Both the position numbers and the translations under genes were made by a program. 64,000 nucleotides of DNA, taken from the NCBI GenBank assembly GCA_951406725.2, contig OX597823.1:34162001-34226000 (forward strand), read 5' to 3'. The notes beneath the pieces are model-generated. The model was given only the letters and a program-made list of their open reading frames with translations, was not told the origin of the DNA and made no database searches. Positions 24,801 through 64,000 of this stretch are shown piece by piece. Every line of letters starts with the position of its first letter. Position 1 is the stretch's first letter. Source of the DNA: Octopus vulgaris (lineage: Eukaryota).

Positions 24801-26249
24801 GTTGATGACAAAAGGAGCTTAGACTATATCTGACATAATGCTAAATTTTTGTCTTTCTTAATACCAACTAAATAAGTCCTGTTTAAATATTTCTTTAAAA
24901 CAAAATTAAAGTAATATATAATAAAATATCAATCATTCTCAATATCTTCTGGCATATTCGAATGTAAATTGCTATTGTTTTGTGGCATTGGAGAATTCCT
25001 CCTCCCTTAACACAAACCATTCAGTGAGGTAAGGAGACTGTGAGATCCCTCAGTGTTTTGACTTCGTTGTACATCTCCTCATTCAAAGCTAACCCATGAG
25101 ACCAGTGGAGTTAACAAGAACACAACTCTTGTTTATAGGAATCAGCAAATTATTTGCTGGTGCATGTTGACGTCTGCCAAACTGAGAAGAATTCAGTGAG
25201 AGAAAGCATTTGATGTTTGCCAATTCCTATAAACAATGGCTGTGCTCTTGTTAGGTACTTTTCACTGAGGAGACACACAATCAGGGAACTTAAAAGAGAA
25301 CCGTCTGTTATGAATGCACATCAGGGAAAAGAACACATTCTCTGATGTGCCAGAACATATTTAAAATGAATAAATACATTATTGCTTGGATTTTCACTGT
25401 TCTCCATGCCTTCCATGAATGTTAGAAATATTCAAACTAAATCATAGTATTATTTTAAATCAACACTAGTCCTGAAAAGATAAGTAAAAAGCCACTTAAA
25501 AACCATTTCTCTGCTCCAGTTTCAAATTTCAAGTGTCATTTCTGTGAAGTTCAAACAGTAAGAGAATATTATTATAAGAAATAGCAATGGTGTCTCAGTA
25601 TAAAGACAAGTTATTACAAATAATAATTTTGATGTAAGAAATAGCCAATGTAATGCTGGCATTATCAATATTTGTTCAGTAAAGAAATAACAAAAATATA
25701 TTTTTGTTTGAACAACATTGGATTTCTGAAGTGTTATTTTGTTAGACAAAACCAAAAGCAGTAAAATATTGCACCTTCTAATCAATATAGACAAACAAAT
25801 ATTATAGGACATTTGAGAATTAGTTTAATGAAATACTGGTCTTATTTCTAATCTACAACAGGTATGTTTTGACTATTTTTGAGCTGCAGTCCTCATAAGG
25901 ATGGTTTAATTGTTTTCCATGGCACATAAGTGGCTGAAATCACACTATTCTTCTGAATAATACAAACAGTGCACCAGTTTGTAGGAAAGTTTAAAGACCA
26001 GTAATTTTGAGGGGACAAATCAATTACATCAACCCCCAGTATGTGACAGGTACTTTAGTTTATCATCCCAGAATGAATAGAAGACAAATTTGACTCCGGC
26101 AGGATTTGAACCCAGTGTGTAAATATTCCACTCAGCATTTTTTCCTTTCTGCTAATAATTCTGCCAACTCACTGTCCTATTTTGACTAATAACTGACTGG
26201 TATTTCTTATTGGATCCAAACAGAATGGTTAAAAACATCTCTTTAAGCC

Positions 26250-26753
26250 CCATGATTCCCAACGTGGGGCATGGTAATATTTTGGTGAGGCATGCATAGC
26301 ATTACGCTGAATTTATTTATACCTTTTTGTACACAATGTTTAGTATCTCAATAGAGAAAGGGGAAAATTCAAGAATGAGTTATTGAAAAACAAAAAAATC
26401 TCTACATCCCTTCTATTTTATCAAATTTGACACATCAAGGTCATGTCATTTTCATCAGATCTATTCCATAAGCTCTGATGTCTCTAAAGTGTCAAATTTT
26501 ATGAATAGATGAAAACGACCTGATATCTCAATAGTGATTATTTCTTTTGATTTAGTGGTATGTGGGTAAATGTGTGTGTGTTTTCTACACATTTTTTTAC
26601 ATCTGTTGCACTATTTTTTTTTTTTTACTTTGTTTCCAGGTAATATTGTAAACATTAACCAAATTTTGAATAACAAAAATTAAATATAAGGGGGTATCAG
26701 GATTTTAGAAATGATTCAGTGTGGCATGGCCAAAAATCAGTTGGGAACCACTG
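26250..26753. mobile_element. hAT-type MITE, old
   Basis: CCATGATTCCCAAC...GTTGGGAACCACTG TIRs; imperfect 8-bp flanks CTTTAAGC/CTCAAAGC. Confidence 0.55.
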
Positions 26754-27352
26754 CTCAAAGCAGAACTAGATAAATTATTTATTTCTGCTATTTTGATTGA
26801 TTTATTCTCAAGACAAAATGATTGTTGAGGTATAAAACCTATGCTTAACACATTTTATTTCCTAACCATTCTCTTATCAGTTTAAATTAAACTACCTTAA
26901 TTAGTTCATTTTTGGTAATGAGTACAGAAATAATACCAGTTTATATTATTTAAAAGTTAAAAAGCTTCTCATTTAGTTTGTTTACACCAAAGGATATGGA
27001 AGAAAAAAAAGCCAACTTTCCTAGAATTAGTTATAATTCTGATGATATTCTTTCATTTAGTAGAAATAATTAAAGAAAGGTGTGCTTAGGCAAGACTGCT
27101 GACTTATATGCCAAGTAATGAAGTTCACAGCCAAGAAATAGAAATAAAAGGCTTTGATAATCAAATATGAGATAAGTACAAGTCATATGCATAACAATTT
27201 AGAGTGGTTGTATACTGTCAACTTAACGTGACAGTCCTGTAAGGGAATTACACCACCGCTGTTTAGCCCTAGGAAGCATCGACGCTTCCTGTCGGCCTTG
27301 ACACATTTCCTGTGTCCTTATATATTTACGAAGGGGAGACAAATACCCCCAA

Positions 27353-27434
27353 CAGCTAGGCCTGCATCTAGAGACACGCATGTTTCTGGGTCTTTGCCCA
27401 TCATCGGTCTAGAGTAGCAGAGGCCTGCTAGCTG
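27353..27434 (-). ncRNA. Type I hammerhead ribozyme-like fold (U4C variant) within a repeat spanning about 27215-27460
   Basis: Minus strand: TCTAGA-CCGATGA-TGGG(CAAAGA)CCCA-GAA-ACA(TGCG)TGT-C-TCTAGA; stem I is extended by CTGC/GCAG and CAGCTAG/CTAGCTG. Confidence 0.7.
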
Positions 27435-27465
27435 AAGATATCTGTCTAGACTTCGTAAAAATATA

Positions 27466-27497
<32 letters not shown>

Positions 27498-28239
27498 CAG
27501 TGAAGTTTATTCACTGATCACCAAAATCAGAAATATTAAATTTCTAAATATCTCATAGAGATATGTACGGTTTTCGTAAAGGTGACATAAAAATAAACAT
27601 TTGTATGCGAGTCTTCTATGTTGAATTTAGTCAACAGAAACTTTGGAAACCCATTGTGTGTGTTATTATTATGTGTTTATGTTTACTGATGGTGTTGATA
27701 AGGATAACTTAGTGATTCAATAAAAAAAAGTATCTGACTGAAATAGGGGCCAAAACAAATGCATAAAACTCCAGAAGGCACTGCAACCCAGTAATTGAAA
27801 CCAGTAGAAGAAAATCAACTCTTCTTTGAAGACACAAATAGCAGAACTTTATTCATTTTTTTAATTGTATGCAATTTAAAAAAAAAAGTCATATCATACA
27901 ATGAAATGAGATCAGGTTACCATCAAGTACGTGTATATGTGAACAAACTAAACCATTTTATTCATTTTTTTTTTGTTGATTTTGTTTTTTGTCAACTTTA
28001 CATTTAATGTTGAAACTCCTAAATCATAACCATCAGTTATATTGTCAAATTTGAATAACGGACATCAAAGATCTCGAAACAATTGAAAACTGAACTCACA
28101 ATGTCACCTCTGTATAAATGGTAATAATAAAACAGATTTTTTTATCATAAAAGGTCAAAAGAAACTTAAGAGATTTAAGACAGTTTTGGCAGGAATGTTA
28201 ACATGGAGCAAATTCAAACACCCAGTCATAATGATTATA

Positions 28240-28860
28240 ATTTAGGCACAAGGCCAGCAATTTTGATTGGGTGGAGGACCAAGTCAATTACACTGACCCC
28301 AATACTTGGCTGGTGGTTTATTGACCCCGAAAGGATGAAAGGCAAATTTGATCTTGGCAGGATTTGAACTCAGGATAAAACAGCTGGATGAAATGCTGTT
28401 AAGAAATTAGTCTGACATGCTAATGAGTCTGCCAGCTTGCTGCCCTAATGAGGATGGTGATGATAATTTTTAACACAGGTCGAAATTTGGGGACATGAGA
28501 GTCAATTAAACTGAGACCAGTACATGACTGGTATTTATTTTATCAAAAGGATGAAAAACAAAATCAACCTCGGTGAAATTTGAACTCAGAATGTAAAGAA
28601 CTGCAAGAAATGCCAATGGGCCTTTTGTCCAATGTTTTAACAATTCTGTCAGTTCACTGGCTGGATAATCCTTTCTACTCACAAAGCTTGAAATTTTGGT
28701 GGGAGGGCATAGCTGATTTCATCGACACCAGTACATGTCTGGTACTTTATCTTATTAATCCCAAAAGAATAAAAAGTAAAGTCCACCATAGTGGAATTTG
28801 AACTCAGAATGTAAAGCCACTAAGTATTTTGTCTGGTGTGCTATCCATTCTGCCAGCCTT
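28240..28860 (-). mobile_element. Three adjacent Nin-domain tRNA SINE copies; others near 7980-8135, 25975-26180, 30690-30890, 57310-57540, 58390-58605, 63360-63572
   Basis: Reverse complement of head GGCGAGCTGGCAGAA...TTCTGAGTTCAAAT and core GAGGTCGACTTTGCCTTTCATCCTTTCGGGGTCGATAAA.TAAGTACCAG. Confidence 0.8.
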
Positions 28861-28861
28861 A

Positions 28862-28893
<32 letters not shown>

Positions 28894-30564
28894 CGACATT
28901 TATGCTAAAAATATAGCAAAATGCCTGGAAATGTTTACAGAGAAAACAATGCTGGGAAGACATTTTGCAGAGAATACAATGATTGTGGCCAAATGTTAAA
29001 AGTGTATTGTTAGAAGTGAATCAAAGAATGACAACGTGACAACAACACTTTAGTTTTGACAATAATAGAAATTAGTATTGAATAATCAGTCCAGGCCATT
29101 GTTACCCTGCTTTAATAAACATTTGAAAATATTACAAATATAGAAATGAGTGTTTGACACATACACATTATATATAGATAGATAGATATTGATGGATGTT
29201 ATTTATATATGTGGGTGTTGCTTTTCACACTATCCGCTGACCATCCATTCAAAGTAAAAATATCAAGAGAAAGTGATTAAAAATATGTTTTATGCAAGAA
29301 AATCTTCGCACTTTCTGCTCCTGAGATAAACTGCTTCAAAACAATTTTTTTTCCGTTTTTTTTTTTCCTTTAATTATAATATCGGATAATATTTTGATGA
29401 ATAATTTATTTGACAGTGTTTTGGGATCATTAATTAGTTAAATGAGATGGGTGTACAATTTGTCATGAAGTAACCATAATACTGGTACCTGTCAGGATGA
29501 CAGGTAACATTTGGCAAGCAATGAGAACACAGTCAATGAGTCTATTTATATATATATACACATACATATATATATAATATCATTTTGTTTTTGAGCAAAA
29601 GTTCATAAGGTCTTGCCTTGGCCACCACTAATTATACTAACGAAGAGTTAAAGTAGAGGAATATATTTAACTGATTCACTCACAAACCAAGTTGTTTAGT
29701 AAACACTAAGGACTGAAGATGCCAACCTCTGAATCCATTTCTAATCATTTATGTACTTTATATAAGGCCACTTTCTCTGACCAATCAATTTTGTCATTTC
29801 GTTAAATATTTTTATTAAGTTACATTATAAAAATTTAGAAACTGTGAGTGACATGGAATAATTAATTTTTAACAGAAATCAAAGTAGATAAAACTAAAAA
29901 TCCTTTGGTAGCCTTTCACTTTTCTTATTCAAAAGGTTTCAATTGTATTTTTTCACCCAATCTTTACAAAAGCTATTTATAGCTTTATCTGTTCTGTTAT
30001 TCCTTTGTTAAAAACAAATTATAAAGGCTTATTTTCAAAAAGATTTTTCTCAAAGAGAGTTGTGATTTTCAACAAAATCTACCCCAAAATTATTGTTTTA
30101 CCATCTGTTTTGTTTAAAAGCTGGTTTCAGAACATAACAGCTTTCATTATTAAAAACAATTATCATATTTAAACCATTTCATTTTCTAATTGTTAAAAGT
30201 AAATAAAAGCAATAAAATGAGTATTTTTCCCCTTTTGTAAATTTTCCAATTTGTTATGTGGGCAGAGATCTGCTAGGTTTCCATTCTAAAAACATTATGG
30301 CACCAAGTAATCAGAATAAAATATTACTGTTTATATGCAAATTGCTTAAAAAATAAACCCATCTCTCAAAATCTAAGACAGGAATAAATAACATTCCAAC
30401 TCCTTACTGTGGCACATAAGACGGCTAGAGAAGTTTAAGGTAGGAGAGAAATAAATATACAGACATTTAGCAACATTTCTCACTTGTTCTTTGGTAATTT
30501 TTCCGTTTTTTTTTTCTTTTTTATCTTTTTGATCGAATTTTGTAGAATTATAACATTTCTTCAT

Positions 30565-62223
<31,659 letters not shown>

Positions 62224-62282
62224 CTGGAAATAAAAGAAGAAAAACAAATTGATATAATCATATTTAAATACACAAGAGTGGC

Positions 62283-62510
62283 ATAGGACACAGGGGGTGG
62301 CTTGGGATACAAGGGTGGTGTGGGACACAGGGGTGGTGTGAGACACAGGGGTGGTGTGGGACACAGGGGTGGTGTGGGATACAGGGGTGGTGTGGGACAC
62401 AGGGATGGTTTGGGATACAGGGGCAGCTTGGGACACAGGGGTGGCTTGGGACATGAATGGTATGGGACACAGGGGGTGGTGTGGGACATAGGAGTGGCTT
62501 CGGACACAGA
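62283..62510. repeat. G-rich 18-bp minisatellite (GGACACAGGGGTGGTGTG)n
   Basis: About a dozen degenerate units running into a SINE head. Confidence 0.9.
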
Positions 62511-62673
62511 GGTAGCTATGTGGTTCAGAAGTTTGCTTCCCAAGCTACATGGTTTGGAGTTCAGTCCCACGGCTTGGATCCTTCCAGTAACCCCAGACCA
62601 ACCAAACAAAGCCTTGTGGATTTGGTAGATGGAAACTGAAAGAAGCCCCATTGTGGTGTGTGTGTGTATGATA

Positions 62674-62725
<52 letters not shown>

Positions 62726-62749
62726 CCAAAAGAGGGTACAGACGCCACT

Positions 62750-62982
62750 ATATATATTATTTTATGTAGAAAAATACAAACTGGGACAAGAACGTAAAAC
62801 ATTTAGAAGACGATAGGAAAAACAGACGGGACATTCGATTAATCTTGATTAATCAGCCGAAATTGCTACGATGATCCGGTTCTTGACTGAAGATTGAAGG
62901 TTTCGAATGTCCCGTCCGTTTTTCGAATCGTCTTCTAAATGTTTTACGTTCTTGTCCCAGTTTGTATTTTTCTACATAAAAT

Positions 62983-62995
<13 letters not shown>
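62750..62995. repeat. Fold-back element, arms about 95 bp
   Basis: TTTTATGTAGAAAAATACAAACTGGGACAAGAACGTAAAAC...GACGGGACATTCGA pairs with its reverse complement at 62903-62995. Confidence 0.8.
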
Positions 62996-63027
<32 letters not shown>

Positions 63028-64000
63028 GCATACACACGATGGAGCTTCTTCATTTTGTATACAAGTGTGTACATTTGTGTCATTGTCATTCATTTCCAGT
63101 ATCCTGCAAAAACATGCCAGGCCACAGGGAAATGTTACTTTGCTTGGAAACAGGTAAGAGTTGTTTAAAAGAAAGGCATCTGACCAAAGAAAATCTGCTT
63201 CATTTGTCTGACCCATGTAAGAATGGAAAAGTGGATGTTAAAATGATGATGATGAGGAGGATGACAAAATAACTAAGTTCAAACAAAATTTCATTATTTC
63301 TTCAAATGAGAAATAATTATGAGATTCTCTAATTATGTTAAAATTAATTTAATAACTCCTTTTCTACTCTAGGCACAAGGCACGAAATTTTGGTGGAGGG
63401 GGGGCAGTCAATTAGATTAACCTCAGTATGCAACTGGTACTTAATTTATTGACCCTGAAAGGATGAAAGGCAAAGTCAACCTTGGTTTAATTTGAACTCA
63501 GAATGTAAAGACAGACAAAATACCGCTAAGCATTTCGCCCGGCGTGCTAACGTTTCTACCAGCTCGCCACCTTCACTTTAATTATTCCATCAGCATCATT
63601 AAGCAATGCTATTTTCGTTCACCAACCATATACAATTTTTTACATTTATATAACAGGTCTTACATCACAATTTTGGATGAGATCAGAATAATACTGAAAT
63701 ATGCAGTGTTGTTAAAAACATGTAAATAATATAATGACTAATATTTAGTCCTCACTGTATACATATTCTAATGAAGTGCTTAATACTCCATGTAAATACG
63801 ATAACACTATTTTGCCTGTCCCTTTAACTCCATAATTCTCAACCATTTTCTTCCTATTTTACTTAGGTAGACCTTCAAAGTCATTTGAGGTTTCAAAAAA
63901 TCCCATATTTTTATAATTAAATATTCATAGGAATTATTCTTTTACTTGTATCAGTCATTTGACTGTGGCCATACTAGAGCACCACCTTTAGTTGAACGAA

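Noticed and set aside
62846-62910. Hammerhead in the 62750-62995 fold-back (CTGAAGA at about 62887)
   Set aside because: Could not assemble stem II followed by GAAA and stem III; recorded only as an inverted repeat.

Overview
Repeat-rich, AT-rich, intron-containing animal genomic DNA. The SINE families and (TA)n/(CA)n/(GAT)n microsatellite load look like Octopus; the species call is inference. Two convergent spliced genes are present. On +, a complete 6-pyruvoyl-tetrahydropterin synthase (PTS; six coding exons, 11013-21161, 152 aa). On -, the 3' part of cytoplasmic phosphatidylinositol transfer protein PITPNC1/RdgB-beta (eight coding exons, 62223-30565, including an 8-nt microexon; the first exons lie beyond the window). 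The rest is mobile DNA: an RTE-type LINE with a PHD-like finger in ORF2, a 5'-truncated CR1-type LINE with an open 842-codon frame, a decayed HERO-like element, a Penelope-like ORF remnant, a non-autonomous Helitron, Tc1/mariner/pogo/piggyBac/hAT remnants, a solo LTR and many tRNA-derived SINEs. The most striking unannotated signal is about ten small fold-back elements from several families carrying minimal hammerhead-ribozyme cores. Some have 11-15 bp target-site duplications, one family has a tRNA-like Pol III head, and one has the ribozyme at the apex of a long hairpin.
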